From Verrucomicrobiota bacterium (GTDB lineage Bacteria; Verrucomicrobiota; Verrucomicrobiia; Limisphaerales; AAA164-E04), in the NCBI GenBank assembly GCA_047947115.1, contig CP170459.1, positions 3,328,001 to 3,392,000 of the forward strand: a stretch of 64,000 nucleotides of DNA, given 5' to 3'. Below the pieces are notes generated by a model that was not told where the DNA came from, did not search any database, and was given only the letters and a program-made list of their open reading frames with translations. A program made the position numbers and the translations under genes. Shown here piece by piece: positions 1-8,576 of this stretch; positions within the stretch are counted from its first letter, which is position 1, and every line of letters begins with the position of its first letter.

Positions 1-1731
1 GGGTGATTGAACGGTCATTTTGGCTCCAATCCCCTGGGTGTTAGGAGACGTGCCCTTGAGCTGTATGCGGATGCGCGCCTGCCCTGCGTTGTTGCGGTAG
101 ATCAGGGGAGCATGGTTCAGGCAGTTAACCACCGCGTCGAGATCCCCGTCATTGTCGAGATCGGCCAGCGCCATGCCATGGGATACTTGTGTGGCGTCAA
201 ATCCCCATTCACTTCCCAGTTCGGTGAAGGTCCCGTCTCCATTATTCCGAAATGCCACGTTGGGTGTGTAAAGGATAGGGAACTTTTTGCGTAAGGCGAT
301 TTGCTCCGGGTGGGAGAGATGCTGACTTTTGGTGGCTTCATCCAACTGTCGCGCGACATCCGCGTTTTGGGCGTCGCGCCAGTGTCCGGTGGTGATCAGT
401 AAATCTTCGTAGCCGTCCAGATCCACATCCAGAAAGACCGGACACCACGACCATTCAGACGCTTCCACCCCGGCGTAACGGGCCAGCTCGGCGAAGGTGC
501 CATCGTTTTGTTGCAACAGGAGTGTGTTTCGGGGGGATTGAGGCCGGCCGGAAAGGCTGTCACGAAACTGGCTGAACGCGGTTCCGTCCATGACCTGCAC
601 CATGCGGCGCTTGTGCGATCGGCTCAACATGTCTGCCACAAAGAGATCATCCAGCCCGTTGCGATCGATGTCTGCGAAATCGAGTCCCATGGAGAACAGG
701 CTTGTCTGACGAAGCGTGGTGTTGTCGGCTTCCTTGAACCGTCCCTTACCCTGGTTGATCCAAAGCCGGTCGGGCGATTGGAAATCATTGCAGACATACA
801 AATCCGGAGCGCCATCCCCATTTGTATCCCGAAACATGGCCGAGAGTCCCCAATCAAAGGGCGTTGATGCGGGGTTTCCATCGACGTCCAGAAAACTCCC
901 CGTTTCCCATGAAACCGCCTCGAAACCTACCTTTCCAGTGTGTAAGTATAATTGATCCGGCTGACCATTCTCAAGCACACCATTTGTCCGGTCAAAAGTG
1001 AACCTTCCTTTTAGTTCGGGACTGTCTGAGGGTTGCCCGTTGAAGGAAATGAGTTTGTAGGCCCCGTTTTCCATGCGGATGTCGAATTGACCCGGCGGCA
1101 TGTCGCGCATGGTTTCGTTGCGGTAATGAACAACATAAAGATCCAGCCACCCGCTGCCGTCGACGTCGGCCAAGGCCATGGAGGCTCCGGCTTGTGTGCC
1201 TTTCAGATGCCAGGTGTCGGTGTTTTCGGTAAAGGCTCCGGTTCCGTCGTTCAGAAAAAGTCGAACACCACGGCGATGTCCTGTGACCAATAAGTCCAGA
1301 TCCTGATCCCCATCCATGTCGGCCAGCATGGCTCCGGTGGAGGATTGGTCAATGCATGCAGCACCTCCGGCATTGGGCTGTTCCTTGAAATGCCAGTTTC
1401 CTTCTCCCAAAAACAGCTTGTTCGGACTGTCCAAACAGCAAAAATAAAGATCACACCAGCCGTCACCGTTGACATCGCCTGCTGCGACTCCGGAACCGTT
1501 CAGGAGGATTTGATTTTGGATGCCTCGCTCTGCATCAAGGTTGTTTGTGAAGTTGACACCTGCCGTTTCACCTTTGATCAGGCTGAAACCGACTTGTTTA
1601 TCTGGCTGAGGTGGAATGGGTGCCCAATCGTATCCTTCTTCGTGGGACCATGATTGTCCATAGCTCAGGATGCTTGTTTTGCATAAAAGCAAAACGAAAC
1701 CAAGCAATGCTGTTCTCATCCATCCGGGCAT
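1..1731 (-). CDS. FG-GAP/VCBS repeat protein with ASPIC/UnbV domain (CRTAC1 family), 3' end runs off the window
   Basis: Not in the ORF track; translated by hand. ATG at 1731 (in-frame TAA upstream at 1743-1741) gives MPGWMRTALLGFVLLLC (signal-like), then GVAAGDVNGDGWCDLYF, LADMDGDQDLDLL, LADVDGSGWLDLYV, and LKGTSPNTQGIGAKMTV at the window edge (start of ASPIC/UnbV). Confidence 0.9.
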   Translation of the reverse strand, partial: MPGWMRTALLGFVLLLCKTSILSYGQSWSHEEGYDWAPIPPQPDKQVGFSLIKGETAGVNFTNNLDAERGIQNQILLNGSGVAAGDVNGDGWCDLYFCCLDSPNKLFLGEGNWHFKEQPNAGGAACIDQSSTGAMLADMDGDQDLDLLVTGHRRGVRLFLNDGTGAFTENTDTWHLKGTQAGASMALADVDGSGWLDLYVVHYRNETMRDMPPGQFDIRMENGAYKLISFNGQPSDSPELKGRFTFDRTNGVLENGQPDQLYLHTGKVGFEAVSWETGSFLDVDGNPASTPFDWGLSAMFRDTNGDGAPDLYVCNDFQSPDRLWINQGKGRFKEADNTTLRQTSLFSMGLDFADIDRNGLDDLFVADMLSRSHKRRMVQVMDGTAFSQFRDSLSGRPQSPRNTLLLQQNDGTFAELARYAGVEASEWSWCPVFLDVDLDGYEDLLITTGHWRDAQNADVARQLDEATKSQHLSHPEQIALRKKFPILYTPNVAFRNNGDGTFTELGSEWGFDATQVSHGMALADLDNDGDLDAVVNCLNHAPLIYRNNAGQARIRIQLKGTSPNTQGIGAKMTVQSP

Positions 1732-1843
1732 GTGGATATGTTATGAATTTTTTTTGCCAGGGAACCAGCAAAATGTATTTGAGCCAACGCTTGTCGAATC
1801 AGGACTCGACTTTTATGCGGGAATGATTTTTCTTAAAACAACC

Positions 1844-3781
1844 ATGTCCCACTTTCAGATCAATCCCTCTAAAATTCTGTCCATTGCATCCTTGATCCCT
1901 GTTGGCTGTTTCGGCTTGCCCAATGGAACGACCGCACAGGATGTTTCAGCGGAACATGCATATGCCATCAATCGACTGGAAGCCCGCCGCGTTTATCAGG
2001 AACAGTTGGCCCGGCAGATGAAAGCAAAGCACGACTTTGGATTTGTGGATGCGGTTCTATCCAGTGGCGTAAACTTTGAGCATCATGTGGTGGATGATGC
2101 GGGATTGACATACAAGGCGGCGCATTATGACCACGGCAACGCGGTTGCGGCGGCTGATGTGGATGGTGACGGATGGGTGGATCTCTACTGGACCACACAA
2201 GGCGGAGAAAATGAACTGTGGCGGAATCTTGGGAAGGGTCGCTTTGAAAACATCACTTCAAAGGCTGGGGTGGGTTTGAAGGATCAAATATCAGTAGGAG
2301 CCTCCTTTGCGGATGTCGATAATGATGGCGATGTTGATTTGTTTGTGACCACCGTTCGTTTTGGGAATTATTTGTTTCAAAACAAAGGTGATGGGACATT
2401 CGAAGACGTTACGAAGGCATCCGGGTTGAGTTACACGGGGCATTCTTCCGGAGCAGTCTTTTGGGATTACAACCGGGATGGATGGTTGGATCTTTTTGTG
2501 ACGAATGTCGGGAAATACACCATGGAGAGTCAGGGAAGGGGAGGTTTTTACGAAGCCTATCCGGATGCTTTTTCGGGGCACCTTTTTCCTGAGCGAACTG
2601 AAACCAGTATTTTGTATCAAGGGATGGGAAACGGGAAATTTAAGGATTTCACCGAGGAGACCGGGCTTAAGGACGGTAGTTGGAGCGGTGATTGTTCGTT
2701 TTCTGACGTGAATGGGGATGGCTTTCCAGACCTTTATGTTGTCAATATGCAGGGAGACGATCACTTTTATCTGAATCAAGCCGGGAAAACGTTTGTTGAA
2801 AAAGGTTCAGAATATTTTCCCAAAACACCGTGGGGTGCCATGGGAGTAAAGTTCTTCGATGCCAATCAGGATGGGAAACTCGATCTTTACATCACCGACA
2901 TGCATTCGGACATGAGTCAGGGGCAGACTGTTGAAGCGCTGCGGTTCCATCCGGACGCTGAAAAGGCCAAGAGTGAGGGGTTTTGTTCCGTGCAGTGGAC
3001 CGACGATTATTTGCAGGGTGCTTCCAATAACATTTTTGGCAACGCCCTTTATTTGAGTCAATCCAACGGCCGATACGCGGAAAGATCATCCTCATTCAAC
3101 GCCGAGACCTATTGGCCCTGGGGGTTCAGTGTGGGAGATTTGAATGCCGATGGTTTTGATGATGTGTTTGTCGCCGCAGGGATGGGGTATCCCTTTCGGT
3201 ATGGAATCAATTCCGTTCTTTTGAATGAAGGTGGTCGCCGGTTTTTCGATAGCGAGTTCGTGTTGGGTGTGGAACCGCGGGGAGACGGACGGACGGAAAA
3301 GGTTTGGTTCACCGTGGATTGTGACGACAAGGACAAAGACCACCGGGAATGTCAGGACCAAAGCGGGATGAAACCGGTGCTCGGCACCTTGAGCACTCGA
3401 TCATCCGTAATACTCGATGTGGATAAGGATGGTGATCTGGATATCGTGACCAATGAATTCAATGATCGCCCACAGATTCTGTTGAGTGATTTATCCAACA
3501 AATCACCCGCCAATTACCTTCAAATCAAGTTGCTTGGTAAAACCTCCAATCGGGATGCGTTGGGTGCCATGGTGACGGTGACAGTTGATGGAAAAGAGTT
3601 TGTTCAGTTACATGATGGCAAATCTGGTTATCTGGCGCAAAGCTCCATGCCGTTATATTTTGGTTTGGGACAATCAAAACAAGCAGAACGAATAAAAATA
3701 GTCTGGCCATCCGGCAAGGTGCAGGTGTTGAGCAAGGGGTTGAAAGCCGGGAAGACCTTAACCGTTGAAGAATCTGAATAG
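1844..3781 (+). CDS. FG-GAP repeat protein with C-terminal ASPIC/UnbV domain (CRTAC1 family)
   Basis: Repeated DxDxDGxxDL motifs (DVDGDGWVDL, DVDNDGDVDL, DYNRDGWLDL, DLNADGFDD). C-terminal NRDALGA...GYLAQSSMPLYFGLG...IVWPSG. Start moved from 1670 to ATG 1844 (1823 possible) because 1670 overlaps the divergent gene. Confidence 0.9.
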   Translation: MSHFQINPSKILSIASLIPVGCFGLPNGTTAQDVSAEHAYAINRLEARRVYQEQLARQMKAKHDFGFVDAVLSSGVNFEHHVVDDAGLTYKAAHYDHGNAVAAADVDGDGWVDLYWTTQGGENELWRNLGKGRFENITSKAGVGLKDQISVGASFADVDNDGDVDLFVTTVRFGNYLFQNKGDGTFEDVTKASGLSYTGHSSGAVFWDYNRDGWLDLFVTNVGKYTMESQGRGGFYEAYPDAFSGHLFPERTETSILYQGMGNGKFKDFTEETGLKDGSWSGDCSFSDVNGDGFPDLYVVNMQGDDHFYLNQAGKTFVEKGSEYFPKTPWGAMGVKFFDANQDGKLDLYITDMHSDMSQGQTVEALRFHPDAEKAKSEGFCSVQWTDDYLQGASNNIFGNALYLSQSNGRYAERSSSFNAETYWPWGFSVGDLNADGFDDVFVAAGMGYPFRYGINSVLLNEGGRRFFDSEFVLGVEPRGDGRTEKVWFTVDCDDKDKDHRECQDQSGMKPVLGTLSTRSSVILDVDKDGDLDIVTNEFNDRPQILLSDLSNKSPANYLQIKLLGKTSNRDALGAMVTVTVDGKEFVQLHDGKSGYLAQSSMPLYFGLGQSKQAERIKIVWPSGKVQVLSKGLKAGKTLTVEESE

Positions 3782-3905
3782 TTTTTTAGACAGCCACTGC
3801 AGTCGCGGGATCTGCGAGATAGACAGGATAAACAGAATGGCTTCACAGAGTGCTGTGCTGGTTCTGAACCTAAAGTGTTCCTATGTCCTGACCTCACCCT
3901 CACCC

Positions 3906-3940
3906 CCTCATTCACTATTCACTATTTTTTATTCACCATT
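3906..3940. repeat. Degenerate heptamer tandem repeat (consensus CACTATT)
   Basis: CCTCATT-CACTATT-CACTATT-TTTTATT-CACCATT at a 7-nt period. Confidence 0.55.
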
Positions 3941-3973
3941 TAAAAGGCCGGTTTCCCAAGGGAAACCGGCCTT
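3941..3973 (-). terminator. Rho-independent terminator of the large repeat-protein gene
   Basis: Perfect stem AAGGCCGGTTTCC (3944-3956) / GGAAACCGGCCTT (3961-3973), 4-nt loop, ending in TTTT on the minus strand, ~25 nt after the stop at 3997. Confidence 0.85.
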
Positions 3974-3996
3974 GCAGTTTTCAGATTGAGTATCGA

Positions 3997-6900
3997 TTAC
4001 TGAGCAATAAAGAATCGGTTGCCGTCTCCGATCTCGATGCTTGAGCTGGGCGGTGTAGCGCCTGCTACGGGAGTGAACGGCCCGGTGACCGTTGAGGATT
4101 CCAGTAACTGGTTGCCTGTCCATTCGATGACCAGATTGCCTTCCTGAACGGAGAAGCTGCTGATCTCGGCCGCTGCGACAAATGGGACGGATCCACCTTT
4201 GATCACGGCATTGTCGAAGTTACCAATAGTCTGGTTGCCCTGGATTTCACCTGTTTCCGGATCAGCGCCACCCACATTGTCAGCATAGGCACCGATGCCA
4301 AACTGCAATCCGCTGGAGAACGGGAAGTCAATTTCGACTCCGAACACGTCATCCAGGAACAATTTGGCGGTGGCACCGTTCAGGGTGATTTTCATCCGAT
4401 GATCGCCTCCATTATCAAAAGGAGGTCCATCGAAGGCGGGAATGTTGACACCGATGCCGGTCGCATCGTCGTCCGGAGCGCCCGTTACCTTGTTGTAGTG
4501 CCAGCCGTAGTTGCGTCCATCATGGGTGGTGTAATCGTTGAACAGGATGAAGTTTCCATTTCCATCGCGAACCCACAGACCGGTTCTTGATTCCGAACCG
4601 GTTCCTTCTTCAAGCACGAAGTCGACATTGGATCGGTCGATTTCGAAGGTCAGCGGTTCCGCAGAACTTGCGGAATAACTGTCGACCGTGAAGATGGCAA
4701 TACCCGGCCACAGTGCTTGTTCCACTTCCACATGAATAACCACTTCACCGTTTTCGAAACGAATTTCGGATTCGGGAGCAGGTTTCAGGATGCCGCTTGG
4801 GTCGAAGGGGGTTTCGTCCACTGTCCATTTGCTGCCGTCCAACGATGCCCCGGAGAAATCATCGGTGAGGAACGTTTCCGGCACCGACACAATCTCCACG
4901 CTGACGGAACCATCCACACAGGCGCCAGCGTCATTCGTGGCGGTGAACGATGCAGAACCGAGCCCGACGGCGGAAACACCCACTGTTTGCTTGTTGGATG
5001 AACCAGCAGGGAAGGTCAAGGTGAGCGATCCGTTTGAAGCCCCTGCAGGAACCGCGACGGCAGGATTGTTACTGGTCAGGGTGACTGATACATCCGCCGA
5101 ATCGTTCAGCAGGCGAGGCACCGTGACAGTGATTTCGCCTCGCTCGGCCAGTGTGAGCAACACATTTGACGGAGACAGGTCGATGCACGGAATCACGTTT
5201 TCGATTTTGACGTTGTCAAAAAGTCCGATCACATCATCGTCCGCATTCTGTGCATAAGCGCCCAGTTCAACGTGAATGCCGGCGCTGACTTCGAAGGCAA
5301 ATTCACCGCCGGAAACACCATCCACAAAGACTTCGACGGTGCTGCCGTTTGCCACGAGTTTCAACTGGTGTTCCCCAAAGTCCTCGAAAGGAGCAAATGC
5401 GGCGATAATCGTGCCTCCTCCGGTAGGTGAACCGGGATTGGTGTTCACTCGCCACGCGGCATTGTTGGCGTCATCCAGTTCCTGTGACAGGAAAACGAAT
5501 CGGGAGCGATCGTCGTTGGTGAGGAATACACCGGTTCGACCGGCGGTTCCGAATTGATCAATGGAAACTCGATCCACTTCAACAACGAGGTTCAGATCTT
5601 CCGTTGCGAGATAGGAATCCACTGTCTTCAGCGAAGCACCCGCCCAGTTGGCCGTATCGACGATGCCTTCGATCTGTATTTGACCACCCGAGGCTTCCAC
5701 GGTGAAACTGCCGCTGCCATTACCGAAGGGTTCTTCGGAGATCTGCCAATTTGAGCCATCAATGGAACCGGCGAAATCGTCTTCCAAGACCACACCTGGG
5801 TCGGAAATGACCGCGACACTCAGGCGATTGCCGCCTGCGATGTCACCCTGGAGACTGAACTCAGTTCCACCAAGACTCACGCCTGAAATGCGGAACGTTT
5901 GTGAGTTGTCGCCTCCGGCAGGGAAGGTCAAGGTGAGTTTGCCGCCTGTTCCGCCTTCCGGTGTGGCGATGCCTGGATCGGCGCTCACGACTGTCACGGA
6001 CACGGCTCTTTGGGAGTTTAATCCTTGAGGAATGCGGACAGAAACAGGCTGGCTGGTTCCGCCTTCACGAACCCCGATGCCTCCGGGTGAGAACGTTGCT
6101 CCCCCTTCGCTCTCGATGACCAGGTTGTCCCAAACAACATTGGCATTGTCGTTGTTGGCACGTGCATAAGCACCGAAGTGGAAAACAACTGGTGAAAAAG
6201 GGAAGGGAACTTCAGCTCCTTCGACTCCATCCAGAAGCAGTTTCACTGTTTGGCCGTTGGCCACCATGCTCATGTTGTGCAGTCCCGTGTCGCCATCCAA
6301 TGAATCGAAGGCTGCAATGTTCGCTCCACCGCCGGTCGGGGTATCGCCTTCCTGCCCGATTTTTCGGTTGAATTGCCATCCGTTTTCCCCCGCATTTTGG
6401 GCAAAGAGAACATAATTGGATTGAGATTCATCAAGGATCCATAAGGCACTACGCGTGGCAGTGCCGACATCTTCTACCGATACGCGGTCGATGGAAATGG
6501 TGATTTTTTCCGAATCGGAAGGAGCAAATGTCGGAACGATCTGCAAGGTGCCACCTGACCACCATTGTTGGGTCGTTGTGCCAACGAATCGCATCACTCC
6601 ATCGCCAGGTTCTCCACGAATATCACCTACACCGCCTTCGAAGAACGGGGAACCGGCGACGTATTTAGCGGGATTGATGTCATTTGATTCGAAGTCATCG
6701 GAGAAAACAATGTTGCTTTGTTGGGGCACTCCGACGATTTCCAAATTGTCCCAGGTAACGTTTGCCTGATCATTATTAGCCCGAGCATATGCTCCGAAAT
6801 GGAAGACCACGGGAGAAAACGGGAATGGAACTTCGGCTCCTTCTTCGCCGTCGAGGAGGAGTTTTACGGTGGAACCGTTTGCTACAATGCTCATGCGATG

Positions 6901-8094
6901 CAGTCCAAGGTCCCCGTCCAACGAATCAAATGCCGCGATGTTGGAGCCTCCACCGGTAGGGTTGTCCCCGGCCTGGCCTATTTTTCGATTGAACTGCCAG
7001 CCGTTTTCACCTGCATTTTGAGCAAATAGCACATAATTGGTTTCTGATTCGTCAAGAATCCATAGTGCGCTGCGAGCAGCTGTTCCCACATCGGTGACCT
7101 CCACCCGGTCAATGGAAGCAGTCACAGGAGCATCCTGGGTGGGGGCGAATGTTTCTTTGATGCGAAGCGTGCCGCCTGACCACCATTGTTGAGTGGTGGT
7201 GCCTGTGAAGCGCATGACCCCGTTTCCAGCTTCCGCATGGATGTCGCCTACACCACCTTCGAAGAAGGGTGCTGCAGGTTCAAATTTAGCTGCATCAATC
7301 GAATCTGATTCAAAGTCGTCCTCAAAAAGAGTGGTGGTTCTGACCACGGTTTCAATGGTTAGATTATCCCAGGTCACATTCGCGGCGTCATTGTTCGCTC
7401 GTGCGTAGGCGCCGAAATGGAAGACCACGGGAGAAAACGGGAATGGAACTTCGGCCCCTTCTTCGCCGTCGAGGAGGAGTTTCACGGTGGAACCGTTTGC
7501 CACAATGCTCATGCGATGGAGTCCGAGATCACCGTCCAGCGAGTCAAACGCAACGATATTGGAGCCCCCACCGGTGGGATTGTCCCCGGCTTGGCCTATT
7601 TTTCGATTGTATTGCCAGCCGTTTTCTCCGGCATTTTGAGCAAAGAGCACGTAGTTGGTTTCCGATTCATCAAGAATCCAGAGCGCGCTTCGCTCGGCAG
7701 TTCCGACGTCTGCTATTTCAACTCGGTCGATACTTGCTGTTACCGGAGTGTCAGGTGTGGCATCGAACGTTTCCTTGATTCGGAGTGTTCCACCTGACCA
7801 CCACTGCTGGGTGGTGGTGCCGACAAATCGCATGACACCATCTCCCGCTTCCGCGTGAATGTCTCCTACACCACCCTCAAAAAAGGGGGAAGCCTCCTCG
7901 AATTTGGAGCTGTCAATGGTGTTCGATTCGAAGTCGTCCTGGAAGACAACCGTGGATACTTGTGCGTTTGCTTTCTGGATTTGACCGACAAATCCAACCC
8001 ATAGTGCACACACAAGTGCGAAACTGAGCTTGCCGTGATGCCGCCAGAAGGCGTTTTCACGCAGCTCATTCATGTGGTTTGCTTTTATGTCCAT
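3997..8094 (-). CDS. Large secreted acidic protein: five copies of a ~206-aa beta-rich (possibly ConA/LamG-like) domain, two Ig/Calx-beta-like linkers and a short C-terminal domain
   Basis: Signal peptide (KLSFALVCALWVGFVGQIQKANA-Q). Repeats start xxDDF and end W/FDNxxI. Two linkers share LTLTFPAG. Start ATG 8094 or 8073 rather than 8178. Confidence 0.9.
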   Translation of the reverse strand: MDIKANHMNELRENAFWRHHGKLSFALVCALWVGFVGQIQKANAQVSTVVFQDDFESNTIDSSKFEEASPFFEGGVGDIHAEAGDGVMRFVGTTTQQWWSGGTLRIKETFDATPDTPVTASIDRVEIADVGTAERSALWILDESETNYVLFAQNAGENGWQYNRKIGQAGDNPTGGGSNIVAFDSLDGDLGLHRMSIVANGSTVKLLLDGEEGAEVPFPFSPVVFHFGAYARANNDAANVTWDNLTIETVVRTTTLFEDDFESDSIDAAKFEPAAPFFEGGVGDIHAEAGNGVMRFTGTTTQQWWSGGTLRIKETFAPTQDAPVTASIDRVEVTDVGTAARSALWILDESETNYVLFAQNAGENGWQFNRKIGQAGDNPTGGGSNIAAFDSLDGDLGLHRMSIVANGSTVKLLLDGEEGAEVPFPFSPVVFHFGAYARANNDQANVTWDNLEIVGVPQQSNIVFSDDFESNDINPAKYVAGSPFFEGGVGDIRGEPGDGVMRFVGTTTQQWWSGGTLQIVPTFAPSDSEKITISIDRVSVEDVGTATRSALWILDESQSNYVLFAQNAGENGWQFNRKIGQEGDTPTGGGANIAAFDSLDGDTGLHNMSMVANGQTVKLLLDGVEGAEVPFPFSPVVFHFGAYARANNDNANVVWDNLVIESEGGATFSPGGIGVREGGTSQPVSVRIPQGLNSQRAVSVTVVSADPGIATPEGGTGGKLTLTFPAGGDNSQTFRISGVSLGGTEFSLQGDIAGGNRLSVAVISDPGVVLEDDFAGSIDGSNWQISEEPFGNGSGSFTVEASGGQIQIEGIVDTANWAGASLKTVDSYLATEDLNLVVEVDRVSIDQFGTAGRTGVFLTNDDRSRFVFLSQELDDANNAAWRVNTNPGSPTGGGTIIAAFAPFEDFGEHQLKLVANGSTVEVFVDGVSGGEFAFEVSAGIHVELGAYAQNADDDVIGLFDNVKIENVIPCIDLSPSNVLLTLAERGEITVTVPRLLNDSADVSVTLTSNNPAVAVPAGASNGSLTLTFPAGSSNKQTVGVSAVGLGSASFTATNDAGACVDGSVSVEIVSVPETFLTDDFSGASLDGSKWTVDETPFDPSGILKPAPESEIRFENGEVVIHVEVEQALWPGIAIFTVDSYSASSAEPLTFEIDRSNVDFVLEEGTGSESRTGLWVRDGNGNFILFNDYTTHDGRNYGWHYNKVTGAPDDDATGIGVNIPAFDGPPFDNGGDHRMKITLNGATAKLFLDDVFGVEIDFPFSSGLQFGIGAYADNVGGADPETGEIQGNQTIGNFDNAVIKGGSVPFVAAAEISSFSVQEGNLVIEWTGNQLLESSTVTGPFTPVAGATPPSSSIEIGDGNRFFIAQ
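6110..7950 (-). repeat. Three near-identical intragenic tandem repeats (periods 618 and 621 nt)
   Basis: The first Phe codon of FxDDFES lies at 7944, 7326 and 6705. PFFEGGVGDI, GTTTQQWWSGGTL and VPFPFSPVVFHFGAYARANND occur in all three copies. Confidence 0.95.
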
Positions 8095-8519
8095 GTGTTT
8101 GTTTAGATTAAGGTTGTGCGCCGGTTGGTACACAACCACCTTTTTGGGGCACAATTCACCCCGGTTAATGGTTAGCACATTGCTGTTTATGTTCTGGAAT
8201 CGGACAGATTTACTCAGAAAAGGCTGAGCTTGTCAAATTTTCCTTACACAACAAATCAAGCTCAATCGAGCGCCTTCAGAGCATTCCGTGGCAGAGGTTC
8301 CCTCTGCCGGGGGATTGGGCTATCGCTTTCCAAAAGCGCTTCCAAATCATCGCCGCGTTGAGTGGTTTTTGTGTGTTTTCCGGCCGCCTTACTGGATGAG
8401 TTAAACAGCAACATCCCAGATTGATAGAGTTTCATGGATAATGTTTGCATTATATCAAAGACTCCACAGGTTTTTTTCGAAATGCCATTCCAACAATTCT
8501 TCCGATGCATCAGTTGATG

Positions 8520-8547
8520 TTGACTTTCAAATCACTTTTCATACTGT
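8520..8547 (+). promoter_or_regulatory. Putative sigma70 promoter of lexA
   Basis: TTGACT (8520-8525), 16 nt spacer, TACTGT (8542-8547). Overlaps the SOS box, as expected for autorepression. Confidence 0.5.
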
Positions 8548-8576
8548 TCAAAAAAACAGTATGAAAAGTGATTTGA
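8527..8576. repeat. Perfect 22-bp inverted repeat with 6-nt spacer spanning the lexA start codon
   Basis: TCAAATCACTTTTCATACTGTT (8527-8548), CAAAAA, AACAGTATGAAAAGTGATTTGA (8555-8576). Confidence 0.97.
8544..8559. promoter_or_regulatory. LexA operator (SOS box)
   Basis: CTGTTCAAAAAAACAG immediately upstream of the lexA ATG. One mismatch to the Verrucomicrobia motif TGTTC-N4-GAACA and an exact match to CTGT-N8-ACAG. Confidence 0.8.

Noticed and set aside
1..3781. Enediyne biosynthetic cluster suggested by UnbV domains
   Set aside because: No PKS, thioesterase or other cassette genes; ASPIC/UnbV proteins are common stand-alone genes in PVC bacteria.
8290..8308. Hairpin GGCAGAGG-TTC-CCTCTGCC as terminator or sRNA
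   Set aside because: It lies between divergent genes, has no U-tract and has no further support.
8262..8510. 82-aa minus-strand ORF in the lexA intergenic region
   Set aside because: No motif, no RBS, and it lies within a divergent promoter region.
8441..8560. N-terminal extension of LexA (also the track extensions of rpe to 48563, SDR to 53318, ispH to 24568)
   Set aside because: Family similarity begins at later ATGs, and the extensions overlap promoters or neighbouring genes.
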